Shown here piece by piece: positions 28,583-38,649 of a stretch of 64,000 bases of DNA. A program made the translations under genes and the position numbers. The number at the start of each line of letters is the position of its first letter. Within the stretch, counting starts at the first letter, position 1. A model generated the notes under the pieces. The model saw only the letters and a list, made by a program, of their open reading frames with translations. It was not told where the DNA came from and did no database searches. Origin of the DNA: Sphingomonadales bacterium (GTDB lineage Bacteria; Bacteroidota; Bacteroidia; NS11-12g; UBA955); the NCBI GenBank assembly GCA_016872175.1, contig VHBA01000003.1, positions 790 to 64,789 on the forward strand. Direction: 5' to 3'.

Positions 28583-30206
28583 GGAAAGCTACCAATGGCA
28601 TTTGACGGCCTCTGCCGAAAGCCTTTGAGGTTACTCGCAGGATGGGAGGTGACTGAAAACGTTTGTATTCTGCTCTGTTGACCATGTTTATGATTTTGTC
28701 TACCATGGCAGATTCGTATCCTTGTGCCTTTATTTCATCCCGGCTGCGCCTTTCTTCCACATACCAGTGAAGGATTTCGTCCAGAATGGCATATTCAGGC
28801 AGGCTGTCGGTATCTTTTTGCCCTGGCCTGAGTTCAGCAGAGGGCGCTTTTATGATAATAGCGGTTGGGATTATTTCAATTTCACGGTTGATATACTTAG
28901 CCAAAGCATAAACCTTGGTTTTCCACACATCTCCAATGGGGCTGAGACCTCCGCACATGTCTCCGTACAGTGTGCTGTATCCTACAGACATTTCACTCTT
29001 GTTGCTTGTGTTAAGTAACAAATGACCCATTTTATTACTCATGGCCATGAGCAGGTTTGCCCTGATTCTGGCCTGCAGATTTTCCTCTGTAATATCCTGT
29101 GGCAACTTATCAAAGGCTGGCTGAAGCGTGTTCAGGTAGTTTGAAAATATGTCGCTGATGGGGATTACCCGAAATTCGTTTCCCAGATTAATACTGAGTT
29201 GTTTCGCATCATTAACTGAACCTTCACTGCTATAGGGAGATGGCATCAGCAGGGCCATTACATTTTCAGGTCCCAGCGCTTTGCACGCCAATGCTTGCAC
29301 CAATGCACTGTCTATACCGCCTGAAGATCCCAGAATTATTTTCTTAAAACCGGATTTTTTGGAGTAGTCTCTGATGCCATAAACAATAGCATCATGCATG
29401 AGCGCTGTTTCTTCTGGTTCCGAAAAATTTACCGGTACACCAAGAAAGTCGTTTTTGCCGAAAGTAATGTAATCGACCTTTTCTTCAAACAGTGGCAATT
29501 GTTTTACGGTTTTCCCTTCTGCATTGATTACCTGGCTGTCTCCGTCGAAAATCAGATCAGCATGCGCACCTACCTGATTTACATAAACAATGGGTAAGCC
29601 AAAACGCTCTATGTTACCCGCAAATACTTTATCACGCATCCTTATTTTGCCAACGTTAAATGGAGATGCACTGGGATGGATGATAAGTTGTGCGCCCTCA
29701 TTTTTTAGGTATTGCAGCGGACTCTTTTCATAAAGAAATTCATTGTATACATCCCAGATATCTTCACAAATGGCGATGCCAATCTTTATCCCTTTGAATT
29801 CAAAAATCTGGCATTCATCGGCTGGTTCAAAATACCGGGATTCAGCAAATACATCATAGGTGGGGAGGAGTGTTTTTCTAACTACATGCTCTATGCGGCC
29901 ATTTTGTAAAAAGCAGGAAACATTGAAGAGGCCGCGTCCTTTGTCGCGGTTGCGCATAACACCACCAACAATGGCGGCAATGCCCTGACAACTTTGGGCA
30001 ATGGCGTCCATACTTTGCTCACATTTCTCTACAAACCATTCGTAATCCAGCAAGTCATCGGGCGGATAGCCGCAAACTGAAAGTTCGCTGAATACCACCA
30101 GGTCTGCTCCCTGCGATTTGGCCTCGGTAATGGCCTCATACATTTTAGTGGTGTTCAGCTCAAAATCACCAATGCGGTAATTCAGCTGTGCCAGGGCAAT
30201 TTTCAC
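28575..30206 (-). CDS. nadE: Glutamine-dependent NAD+ synthetase
   Basis: Nitrilase-like domain (E, K, ICEDIW) plus SGGIDS, ENLQARIR, NKSE, PSAEL. GTG start. Confidence 0.97.
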   Translation of the reverse strand: MKIALAQLNYRIGDFELNTTKMYEAITEAKSQGADLVVFSELSVCGYPPDDLLDYEWFVEKCEQSMDAIAQSCQGIAAIVGGVMRNRDKGRGLFNVSCFLQNGRIEHVVRKTLLPTYDVFAESRYFEPADECQIFEFKGIKIGIAICEDIWDVYNEFLYEKSPLQYLKNEGAQLIIHPSASPFNVGKIRMRDKVFAGNIERFGLPIVYVNQVGAHADLIFDGDSQVINAEGKTVKQLPLFEEKVDYITFGKNDFLGVPVNFSEPEETALMHDAIVYGIRDYSKKSGFKKIILGSSGGIDSALVQALACKALGPENVMALLMPSPYSSEGSVNDAKQLSINLGNEFRVIPISDIFSNYLNTLQPAFDKLPQDITEENLQARIRANLLMAMSNKMGHLLLNTSNKSEMSVGYSTLYGDMCGGLSPIGDVWKTKVYALAKYINREIEIIPTAIIIKAPSAELRPGQKDTDSLPEYAILDEILHWYVEERRSRDEIKAQGYESAMVDKIINMVNRAEYKRFQSPPILRVTSKAFGRGRQMPLVAFHG

Positions 30207-30215
30207 GCTTTATAT

Positions 30216-30992
30216 TTAGAAAAAAACACCTAGCTGAATGCCCAGAAAATTGTTTCTTCCGTCAACCGCATCATCGGTAAACACATCGGAAAAAGCGTTG
30301 TCAAACCGCAGACCTGCAGAAAACATGGTTTTACCACTGATTTTGGTTTCAATGCCTGCCCCGATAATCAAAGACATCCTGGCTTTGCGTATGTCATCCT
30401 GATATACTCCGTTTCCTGTGAAATTGCCTGCATCGCCCTTAAAATCATATTTGTCATTGGCATCCAGGTTAGGATTGTGTGACTGGGTTCCGTTACCGTA
30501 AATGCTGGGTGTGGAGGCTGTTTTGAGTTTTTGTTGCATCAAAAATGCAGGCGCCACACCAAACTGTCCCCAATACTTGAATTTACCTATTTCGTTGGTT
30601 TTAAGTTTTAATGTTATGGGTACCTGAATGTATTGCAGGTTGTAATTAAAAGTTGTGTTTCTGTGAATGACGCCACTATTGTTAGGTTTGTCTGACCATA
30701 ACGTATCATTGGTGTATATTTTACTGGGTGTAGAAGTAACAATAAACTCCGTGCTCAACCAATAATTGGGATTGTTGGCAATATTAATGTCTCCCATCAG
30801 TCCGTAGCTGAATCCCAGGCCGAGTCCATTGTTTTCCATGGGGCCTTCCATCATGCGGGTCCAGGCAAAATTGGGACTTACCTTGAAACCTATGGCAACT
30901 TTGCGGTTGTCCTGTGCGTTAACCGTGTGAATAAATGTGATGCCGGAGAGAAGGGCACACAAGCATAATCTGGCTTTAATTTGCATATTCAT
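30216..30992 (-). CDS. PorT-like outer-membrane beta-barrel protein
   Basis: Signal peptide, LQYIQVPITLKLKTNEIG, C-terminal LGVFF. Start is 30992 or 30986. Confidence 0.8.
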   Translation of the reverse strand: MNMQIKARLCLCALLSGITFIHTVNAQDNRKVAIGFKVSPNFAWTRMMEGPMENNGLGLGFSYGLMGDINIANNPNYWLSTEFIVTSTPSKIYTNDTLWSDKPNNSGVIHRNTTFNYNLQYIQVPITLKLKTNEIGKFKYWGQFGVAPAFLMQQKLKTASTPSIYGNGTQSHNPNLDANDKYDFKGDAGNFTGNGVYQDDIRKARMSLIIGAGIETKISGKTMFSAGLRFDNAFSDVFTDDAVDGRNNFLGIQLGVFF

Positions 30993-31001
30993 ATTCCTTT
31001 T

Positions 31002-32036
31002 ATGCAAAAAAACACAATTTTGAGGAATTGCCTGTTATGTTTTTCAGCAATTATCACATTGTTTTCCGGATGCCATTCTGAAAAGCATGTAAAACTGCAA
31101 ACATCCAATCTAACCGAGGCAATTGAAATGGCCGCAGATGGCGGAATCACGCCACTTGATGTAAATGGATTAAAGCAAAAGTTCAACAAGAAATTTGATC
31201 GCTGGTGTGTGGATATTATGGGCGTTCCGCCGCAGTATATGGGTAACGATTCCATCTTGTCGGTATTCCTGACCAGATTTATGGAGTTGAACAAACCGGT
31301 GCTAACTTCAGTGAAAATGCACTACGTCCGTTACCCTGATTTGAATGGGGATATCGAAAATTGTGTTTCCAAACTGAAGAAAGAACTTCCGGATGCAGGT
31401 GAATTTGAGGTTTTTGTGTATTTCAGCCAGTTTAGCCTAACCAATACATTCACCGATACAGTTTCAGGCAAACATGTATTGGGTTACAGCGCTGAAATGT
31501 TTATGGATGATACCTGTACATTGTATGACAAGATTGAGGGCATGCCTGCATGGATTAAAAGATATGCCAGAACCGAACAGATCGCGCCATATCTGGCCAT
31601 TACCTATCTTAATGGGCGCTACAATGAGTCGCATCCGCGAAAAACGATGTTGGATGAAATGATATTTCAGGGAAAACTGTGGTACAGTATGCTGCAGCTA
31701 ACTCCGGATATCGCTCCGGAAAGATTGCTTGGCTATACACCTCAGGAATGGAAGTTCCTGCAAAAAGAAGAATCCAATATCTGGAATTTTTATGTACAGG
31801 AAAAAACGCTGTTTTCCACGGATTTTAACCGTGGATACAAACGCTTTTTTGTGCAAGGTGAACGCACTACCGGTGCCGGTTTGCCCGAGGATTGCCCGCC
31901 TCGCATTGGGAATTTTACCGGCTTGAAAATTGTAGCAGCCTATGCCGATAAAACGGGTAAATCATTGAAACAGATCTGGGAAGAAACCATTGCGGGCAAC
32001 ATACTTAAAGAATCAGGCTATAATCCGATACGATAA
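31002..32036 (+). CDS. gldB: Gliding motility lipoprotein GldB-like
   Basis: Lipobox LFSGC, TMLDEMIFQGKLWY, LGYT..EW..L..EE..IW, PPRIG.F.G.KIV.AY, C-terminal SGYNP. Start is 31002 or TTG 31020. Confidence 0.8.
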   Translation: MQKNTILRNCLLCFSAIITLFSGCHSEKHVKLQTSNLTEAIEMAADGGITPLDVNGLKQKFNKKFDRWCVDIMGVPPQYMGNDSILSVFLTRFMELNKPVLTSVKMHYVRYPDLNGDIENCVSKLKKELPDAGEFEVFVYFSQFSLTNTFTDTVSGKHVLGYSAEMFMDDTCTLYDKIEGMPAWIKRYARTEQIAPYLAITYLNGRYNESHPRKTMLDEMIFQGKLWYSMLQLTPDIAPERLLGYTPQEWKFLQKEESNIWNFYVQEKTLFSTDFNRGYKRFFVQGERTTGAGLPEDCPPRIGNFTGLKIVAAYADKTGKSLKQIWEETIAGNILKESGYNPIR

Positions 32037-32464
32037 TGACCAATTTTAAAGAATATCTTCAGGAGAGATTGAAAAACAACCATTTTATCAATCACATAGG
32101 ATTGGTGCTGGATGAGGTGGTAAAAGGCGAAGCAATACTTTCGCTGGATGTGAAAGAACATCATTTGCAGCAAAATGGATTTACACATGGTGGTGTTACC
32201 GCTACCCTATGCGATGTAGCAACCGGTATAGCTGCTTATACAGCCGTAGCTGAAGGGAAAAATGTGGTAACTGTTGATTTGAAAATATCCTATATAAACC
32301 CATCGGTAGCCCGCAAAGTTATAGCAGTAGGCAGGGTAGTGAAATCAGGTAATTTTCTTGTTTTTTGCGAAGGCGAAGTTTTTGATTTGCTGGACGGTGG
32401 AACTAAGAAAATGGTTGCCACATGCACCAGTATTATGGCAACTGTGGATATACCGGTTCAATAA
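32036..32464 (+). CDS. PaaI family thioesterase
   Basis: HLQQNGFTHGGVTATLCD, VTVDLKISY. Confidence 0.92.
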   Translation: MTNFKEYLQERLKNNHFINHIGLVLDEVVKGEAILSLDVKEHHLQQNGFTHGGVTATLCDVATGIAAYTAVAEGKNVVTVDLKISYINPSVARKVIAVGRVVKSGNFLVFCEGEVFDLLDGGTKKMVATCTSIMATVDIPVQ

Positions 32465-32495
32465 GTTTAAATAAGATAGTATCTTTGGTGGGTTC

Positions 32496-34997
32496 GTGGA
32501 AAAGATAAAACGCATTTTTCTCCTTTGCCTGCTAGGCTTAAGCATACTATCCACAAGGGCACAGTTAAAAAGGCTCAGTGGAAAAATCTTTGCCGAAGAA
32601 ACCAGAGAGCCACTGGCTTTTGCCAACCTTTTCTTTCATGGTACCGAGTTTGGCTTTTATTCTGATTTTGAAGGCACCTTTAAATGGGGAGGCGATGTGT
32701 TTCCTTCTGATACTTTGCGGGTGGAATACATGGGATACAAAACCCGGCTGATTCCGCTGAACAACCTCTCTGCATCGGGACTAGAAATAGAAATGATAAG
32801 AAAAGTTTTTCAGACCGAAGAAGTTGTTATCAGGCTTAAAACAAATCCCGCTCTTAAGTGGATAGCCTTGGCTCAGGAAAACCGAAATAAAAATAATCCC
32901 GATAAACTGGAACACTACCAGTGCGAAACCTTTACCAAAAATACGATTGCCGTAAACAATATTTCGGGAAAGCTCAGAAAAGGTAAGTTTTGGCAGGAGA
33001 TAGGCCCTCTGTTTGATACCATTAGTTATTTGAATGGCAATAAAGAGAAGTCCATACTACCTGTTTTTATTTCTGAAGTTATCAGCGATTATTATTTCAA
33101 TAAAAATCCTTATCTAACCAAAGAATATATCAAGGCTTCCCGCTTGAAGGGTATTGGTGTGCAGGATGGTACATTTATATCCCAGGTACTGGGAAGCACC
33201 TTTGTGAATTATAATTTCTACATGAATACGCTTGTGGTAATCGACAAGGGAATTGTTTCGCCCATTGCCGAGGCTGCCATGAATACGTATGATTATAAAC
33301 TCGTTTACGTGGATAAATCGGGTCCCAGACGGGTATTCCAGATTTATTGTTCTCCAAGAATTGAAAAAGACCTTGCCTTTAAAGGTTTTTTATGGATAGA
33401 AGATACCACCGGCGCCTTGCTGAAATTGTCACTTGAGTTAAACAGCAGTTCTAATATCAACTACATAGAAAAACTTAGAATTACACAGGTGTATACCCCG
33501 ACAGATTTGGGAGCCTACTTTTGTGTGAATACCCGTGCCGTGATTGATGCAGCCGAAATGAGCACGCAGGCCGCCGGGGTAGTGGCTACCAGCGTTGTCA
33601 CTGCCAAGGATATCAAAACAAATATAAAACACGCCCCCAAATTTTTTGAAACACGCGTTACGATGGATCCGGATGCACTGAATAGGCCGGATTCATTCTG
33701 GGTACAAAACCGACATTTGCCCAATACTGCCATTGATGACAGGATTGCCCGTAAAATAGATACGCTGGTAAATCTGCCAAGAATCAGCACCTATGTGGAT
33801 GTGGTGAATTTTTTGGTGGATGGATATAAAAACTTTGGGAAAATAGATTTTGGCCCTTATTACAGTCTCGTCAGCTTTAACCAACTTGAGGGGCCCCGCT
33901 TGAGGCTGGGATTTCGCACCACGCCGATGTACAGCAAAGATTGGATTATTGAGGGTTTTGGTGCTTATGGTTTCTGGGATGAGCAATGGAAATACTCATT
34001 AAAAGTTGAGCGCATACTAAACCGAAAGCGCTGGACAAAACTCGGAGGTGTGTACCGAAGGGATGTGGAACAGATTGGAATTTCTGACAATGAAGATTAC
34101 AGCAGTGGACTGTTTACAGCCTTCAACCTGTTGGGCAGCAATAACCTGAATATGAACCGGGACGCGCGTATTATGTTTGGTACCGATCTGCGCAACGGAC
34201 TCAGGCTGTCAATAAGCCTTGGCAACCGGGCCTATCTTTTTCAAAAGGTAGGCAACTTCAATTTTGCATGGTATCCCAGGTTTCCGGATACATCTTCTTA
34301 TGCCAATGAGTTTTACAATACCACTACCAACGTAACACTTCGGTATTCTCCCAAGTATTATTACCTGCAGAATGATAATCGTCGTGTAACCTTTACCGGT
34401 ATTGGTCCTGAGTATTATGGCACATGGATTCAGGGATATAAAAACATTTTAGGCAGCCAGTTCAGTTATACCCGACTGGTTGCAGGTTTGAATTATAATA
34501 AAGTATGGGGCGCAATGGGGCGAACAGCTTTCAATTTTGAAGCTTCACGGGTTTTTGGCAACCTTCCATATCCTTTACTTACAGTGTATATAGGCAACCA
34601 GAGTTTCGTATACAACTCCGGCGCGTATAATCAAATGCGAATTTTCGAATTTATTACTGACAGAAGTATCTCAGCTGCTGCAGAGCATCATTTGAACGGA
34701 TTGTTTTTCAATCGTATTCCATTGCTGAATAAATTAAAATGGCGTGAAGTTTTGGGGACCAAGGCTATCTATGGTTCTCTGGCACAGGAAAACTTCAGTA
34801 TCATCCCGAAATTCACCACAGAGGGGGCCGTTTCGCAGTTTAAAACCTTTACGGATTTGCCCTACTGGGAGTGCAGTGTAGGCATAGAAAACATCTTTAA
34901 AATTTTGAGGGCTGACGCCATTTGGCGACTGACCTACAGGGAACCTGCCAATGTGCGCAATTTTGGTGTAAAAGTGAGTGTGGGGCTTGCTTTTTAA
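32496..34997 (+). CDS. CarboxypepD_reg-like plus DUF5686 outer-membrane protein
   Basis: SGKI...ETREPLAFAN...YMGY N-terminal domain, N.LEG.RLRLG.RT, GIENIFK.LR.D, terminal F. Confidence 0.85.
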   Translation: MEKIKRIFLLCLLGLSILSTRAQLKRLSGKIFAEETREPLAFANLFFHGTEFGFYSDFEGTFKWGGDVFPSDTLRVEYMGYKTRLIPLNNLSASGLEIEMIRKVFQTEEVVIRLKTNPALKWIALAQENRNKNNPDKLEHYQCETFTKNTIAVNNISGKLRKGKFWQEIGPLFDTISYLNGNKEKSILPVFISEVISDYYFNKNPYLTKEYIKASRLKGIGVQDGTFISQVLGSTFVNYNFYMNTLVVIDKGIVSPIAEAAMNTYDYKLVYVDKSGPRRVFQIYCSPRIEKDLAFKGFLWIEDTTGALLKLSLELNSSSNINYIEKLRITQVYTPTDLGAYFCVNTRAVIDAAEMSTQAAGVVATSVVTAKDIKTNIKHAPKFFETRVTMDPDALNRPDSFWVQNRHLPNTAIDDRIARKIDTLVNLPRISTYVDVVNFLVDGYKNFGKIDFGPYYSLVSFNQLEGPRLRLGFRTTPMYSKDWIIEGFGAYGFWDEQWKYSLKVERILNRKRWTKLGGVYRRDVEQIGISDNEDYSSGLFTAFNLLGSNNLNMNRDARIMFGTDLRNGLRLSISLGNRAYLFQKVGNFNFAWYPRFPDTSSYANEFYNTTTNVTLRYSPKYYYLQNDNRRVTFTGIGPEYYGTWIQGYKNILGSQFSYTRLVAGLNYNKVWGAMGRTAFNFEASRVFGNLPYPLLTVYIGNQSFVYNSGAYNQMRIFEFITDRSISAAAEHHLNGLFFNRIPLLNKLKWREVLGTKAIYGSLAQENFSIIPKFTTEGAVSQFKTFTDLPYWECSVGIENIFKILRADAIWRLTYREPANVRNFGVKVSVGLAF

Positions 34998-34998
34998 C

Positions 34999-35697
34999 TT
35001 ACTTTTCCGTAAATTTATATCCAACACCGCGCATACTGTGAAAGTAGATGGGTTTCTTTACGTCTTTTTCAAAGTACTTTCTGAAAGCAAGAATGAAGTT
35101 ATCGATGGTGCGTGTGCTCGGATACACGTTGTATCCCCATACAGTTTGCAGTATTCGCTCCCTGCTCACTACCTGACCTCGGTTTTCAATAAGTAGTTTC
35201 AACAACAAACTTTCTTTTTTGGTTAAAATGAATGTGCCTTCGTTACCACTTGCTTCAAAACTGTCAAAATTCACATAATTATTACCAAAATTATATTCAT
35301 GCAAGGCGACATCATTTTCTGACGAAACTTTACTTCTGCTTAACAGTTTTTGCACACGCAAAAGCAATTCTTCGAGATTAAAGGGTTTTGTCAGGTAATC
35401 ATCACCGCCTTTTTTAAGACCTAGAATCCGGTCCTGCGTATTGTTGCGGGCAGAAAGGAATAGAATCGGGATTTCACTATTTGTAAGCCTAATATTTTCT
35501 GTGACCGTAATACCATCTACATGGGGTAACATCACGTCCATAATAACCAGATCAAAACTTTCCTCCTTCATTCTTTGCAGGGCCTGTAAGCCGTCTCTTA
35601 CGGCTATTACCTTGTATCCTTCCGATTCGAGGTTTAACTTCACCAGATCGGCAATGTCTGCCTCATCTTCTACCAATAGTAATCTGTTTGTTTTCAT
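34999..35697 (-). CDS. OmpR-family response regulator
   Basis: LLVEDE, DVMLP..DG, DDYLTKPF, wHTH RTIDNFI...RGVGY. Confidence 0.96.
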   Translation of the reverse strand: MKTNRLLLVEDEADIADLVKLNLESEGYKVIAVRDGLQALQRMKEESFDLVIMDVMLPHVDGITVTENIRLTNSEIPILFLSARNNTQDRILGLKKGGDDYLTKPFNLEELLLRVQKLLSRSKVSSENDVALHEYNFGNNYVNFDSFEASGNEGTFILTKKESLLLKLLIENRGQVVSRERILQTVWGYNVYPSTRTIDNFILAFRKYFEKDVKKPIYFHSMRGVGYKFTEK

Positions 35698-36872
35698 ACG
35701 TTTGCCCTTTCTTTGAATAACAAATTAAACGCAGTTCCGTTGGGTTGATTGTCTGAAATGGAAATTATGGCAGAATGCTGACGGAGTAATTTTTCGACCA
35801 AAAATAGTCCCAGTCCGGTACCTGAGCTACTTCTGGTTCTTTCGTCACCCATTCGGTAAAACATCTTGAATATGTTTTTTCTTTCCGATAATGGAATGCC
35901 AATGCCATTATCAGAGACAGACATAGCCACCCTTCCTTTAAGAATGAAGGTTTGAATGTGTATTTTTTCCTCACCTTGTTTACTGTATTTCACAGCGTTT
36001 CCGATAAGATTGCTGAGGGCCATTTGCAAAAGCTCACGATCTCCCCGAATAAGAAGTTCAGGAACATACTGGGCACTAATAACTGCTGTTTCAGGCAATG
36101 AATCCTTAATTTCTGCAAGTGTGTCCTCAATAAGTTCTTCCAAAACCAAATCCTGAATAATAAACTTCATACGGTGACTGCTTTGTACTTTGGTTGCCAT
36201 AAGTACGTTATCTATGATACGAGAAAGCCTACTGACATTATTATCTGCCATTCGCAATAATTTATCCAAATCCTTTTGTTCAGTAGTTATTTTTCGTTGT
36301 GCGGTCTGTATAGCAAGTTTGGTGCCGGCCACCGGTGTTTTTAGTTCATGTGTAATGGCAAGTAAAAAGTTGTTTTGCTGAGAATTCAATTTAAGAATCC
36401 GATCCAGATATAAGTAAAGGGCCAGTGCAAGTATCAGCATAATAATCGTCATTACCACTCCTTCATAGATCCAGCTATCACGCTTTCTGAGGTATTTCTT
36501 GTTTTCGCTGGCAATTACAGATTTTTTAATGGTTACAGTAAATATTTTATCAAAAGATTTTCCGGGATAAAAACAAATATCATAGGGTGGGTATTTTTTC
36601 AGAAGAAAGTATTTAAGTAATTGTGTATCAACAAACATGGTTTTTCCATGATATTCAAATTTCATAGAATCTTTACCGGTGAATTTTCCGGTGAACATAT
36701 TATGTGATATTTCACCTGCCAGGTGCAGGCTATCCGATTTGTATAGCTGCAGACGCAGGTCTTTTTCAGTTTTACTGTAATTAACAAGACTCATAGCCCA
36801 CCAAACAAAAGCGGCGGACATGTATAATATTACAAGAATAATGGAAAGTCTAAGTTTGTTTCTGGCGGTCAT
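35694..36872 (-). CDS. Sensor histidine kinase
   Basis: Two TM, THELKTP H-box, NLIGNAVKY, DNGIGI, GTGLGL. Start moved to ATG 36872. Confidence 0.94.
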   Translation of the reverse strand: MTARNKLRLSIILVILYMSAAFVWWAMSLVNYSKTEKDLRLQLYKSDSLHLAGEISHNMFTGKFTGKDSMKFEYHGKTMFVDTQLLKYFLLKKYPPYDICFYPGKSFDKIFTVTIKKSVIASENKKYLRKRDSWIYEGVVMTIIMLILALALYLYLDRILKLNSQQNNFLLAITHELKTPVAGTKLAIQTAQRKITTEQKDLDKLLRMADNNVSRLSRIIDNVLMATKVQSSHRMKFIIQDLVLEELIEDTLAEIKDSLPETAVISAQYVPELLIRGDRELLQMALSNLIGNAVKYSKQGEEKIHIQTFILKGRVAMSVSDNGIGIPLSERKNIFKMFYRMGDERTRSSSGTGLGLFLVEKLLRQHSAIISISDNQPNGTAFNLLFKERANV

Positions 36873-36947
36873 ATAACTTGAAAGTGAATAACAAAAGTAG
36901 TTAGTATGCCGGTAAATAGATTTATTTGTGTTTGTTTTTACTGAAAA

Positions 36948-38339
36948 ATGAACCTTACAGAATCTTTTGTGAAAAACCTGATTGGTATAGCAGGCGCTGA
37001 AAATGTGCTTTTGGACACCATGAAATTGCAAGCCTATGGCCGTGATTATACCGAGGATCTCCAATATCAGCCATCATGCGCGGTAATGCCCGATTCCGCT
37101 GAGGCAGTTGCTGCAGTACTTAAAATTTGTAACGAACAAAAAATACCTGTTTATACCCGCGGAGCCGGAACAGGTCTTAGTGGTGGCAGTTTGCCCGTAA
37201 ATGGCGGGGTAGTGTTGAGTACCGAAAAACTCAACAAAATATTGCATATCGATACAAAAAACTTTCAGGCCACTGTTCAGCCCGGGGTTATTAATGAGGT
37301 TTTCGCTCAGGCGGTGGCCGGAAAAGGGCTATACTATCCGCCGGATCCGGCCAGCAAAGGCAGTTGTTACTTAGGAGGAAATATTGCGCATGGGAGCGGT
37401 GGTCCACGCGCTGTGAAATATGGAACAACCCGCGATTACGTTATTAATTTACAGATAGCCTTGCCCAATGGTGAACTGATATGGACGGGCGCCAACACAG
37501 TGAAAAATTCTACCGGTTTTAACCTTACCCAACTCATGGTAGGCAGTGAAGGATTACTTGGCATAGTCACCTGCATTGTATTCAGGCTCATAGCACGTCC
37601 TACACAGCAATTGCTTTTACTGGTTCCGTTCAAAACTGCACGGGAAGCTGCGGGGGCGGTAAATGAAGTCTTGTTATGTGGAATCACACCATCTGCACTT
37701 GAACTTATGGAAACTTCGGGTATACAGATAAGTGCAGAAGCTACCCGCACACCATTTCCATTTTACGCTGCTGCGGCTTTTTATATGCTTATTGAATTGG
37801 ATGGTGATAATCTTGAAATGCTTATGCAGCAAGCTGAAACGCTTTATCCTGTAGTTGAGAAATGCGGTGGTTTGGATGTTTTGATTGCCGATTCATCAGA
37901 TTTGAAAGAACAATGGTGGAAGGTAAGACGGGGTATTGGAGAAACCATAAAACAAGTATCTGTTTACAAGGAAGAGGATACCGTAGTTCCCCGTGCTGCC
38001 TTGCCCGATCTGCTGGTGTCAGTGAAAGAAATCGGAAACCGCTATGGTTTTCAAAGCGTATGTTACGGGCATGCCGGCGATGGAAACCTGCACGTGAATA
38101 TACTCAAGAATAATCTTTCAGATCAAGTTTGGGATAACGAAATTCCCAAAGCAATTCGGGAAATATTTGCGGTTTGCCGCGATTTGGGCGGAACCATAAG
38201 TGGTGAACATGGGGTTGGTTTGGTGCAGAAACCCTATCTGGATGTTGTTTTTAACCAAGAACATTTTAGGCTTATGAAAGGAATAAAAGCTGTCTTCGAC
38301 CCAAATAACATTATGAATCCCGGCAAGTGGCTGGATTAA
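36948..38339 (+). CDS. FAD-binding oxidoreductase, GlcD/D-2-hydroxyacid dehydrogenase family
   Basis: RGAGTGLSGG, YPPDPAS, GSEGLLGI, GHAGDGNLH, SGEHGVG, DPNNIMNPGK. Confidence 0.93.
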   Translation: MNLTESFVKNLIGIAGAENVLLDTMKLQAYGRDYTEDLQYQPSCAVMPDSAEAVAAVLKICNEQKIPVYTRGAGTGLSGGSLPVNGGVVLSTEKLNKILHIDTKNFQATVQPGVINEVFAQAVAGKGLYYPPDPASKGSCYLGGNIAHGSGGPRAVKYGTTRDYVINLQIALPNGELIWTGANTVKNSTGFNLTQLMVGSEGLLGIVTCIVFRLIARPTQQLLLLVPFKTAREAAGAVNEVLLCGITPSALELMETSGIQISAEATRTPFPFYAAAAFYMLIELDGDNLEMLMQQAETLYPVVEKCGGLDVLIADSSDLKEQWWKVRRGIGETIKQVSVYKEEDTVVPRAALPDLLVSVKEIGNRYGFQSVCYGHAGDGNLHVNILKNNLSDQVWDNEIPKAIREIFAVCRDLGGTISGEHGVGLVQKPYLDVVFNQEHFRLMKGIKAVFDPNNIMNPGKWLD

Positions 38340-38343
38340 TCAA

Positions 38344-38649
38344 TCAATCATTGGAAAGATCCTTCCACAGCATATTTGTGCTCCATGCTTCAGGCTTTCC
38401 ACCAAACAATACTTTTGTTTTTGCCCATGTTGTTTCAAACAAAGTAGAATGGCGATAGGCCTGTAATGCCTCATCGTCTTTCCATAAACTATAAGTAAAA
38501 AATACAGATTCGTCATCACTGCTTTGCAATAATTGCAAACCCATATTGCCAGGGAATGATCTGATATGATTTGCTGATTCATGAAAAACCGCCTTGAAAT
38601 CATCAATGGTCTCTGGTTTAAAAGTCATTTTTACTATTCTGAATATCAT
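38344..38649 (-). CDS. Putative quinol/antibiotic biosynthesis monooxygenase (ABM)
   Basis: RIVKMTF, IRSFPG, FFTYSLW, YRHS.LF..TW. Confidence 0.88.
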   Translation of the reverse strand: MIFRIVKMTFKPETIDDFKAVFHESANHIRSFPGNMGLQLLQSSDDESVFFTYSLWKDDEALQAYRHSTLFETTWAKTKVLFGGKPEAWSTNMLWKDLSND

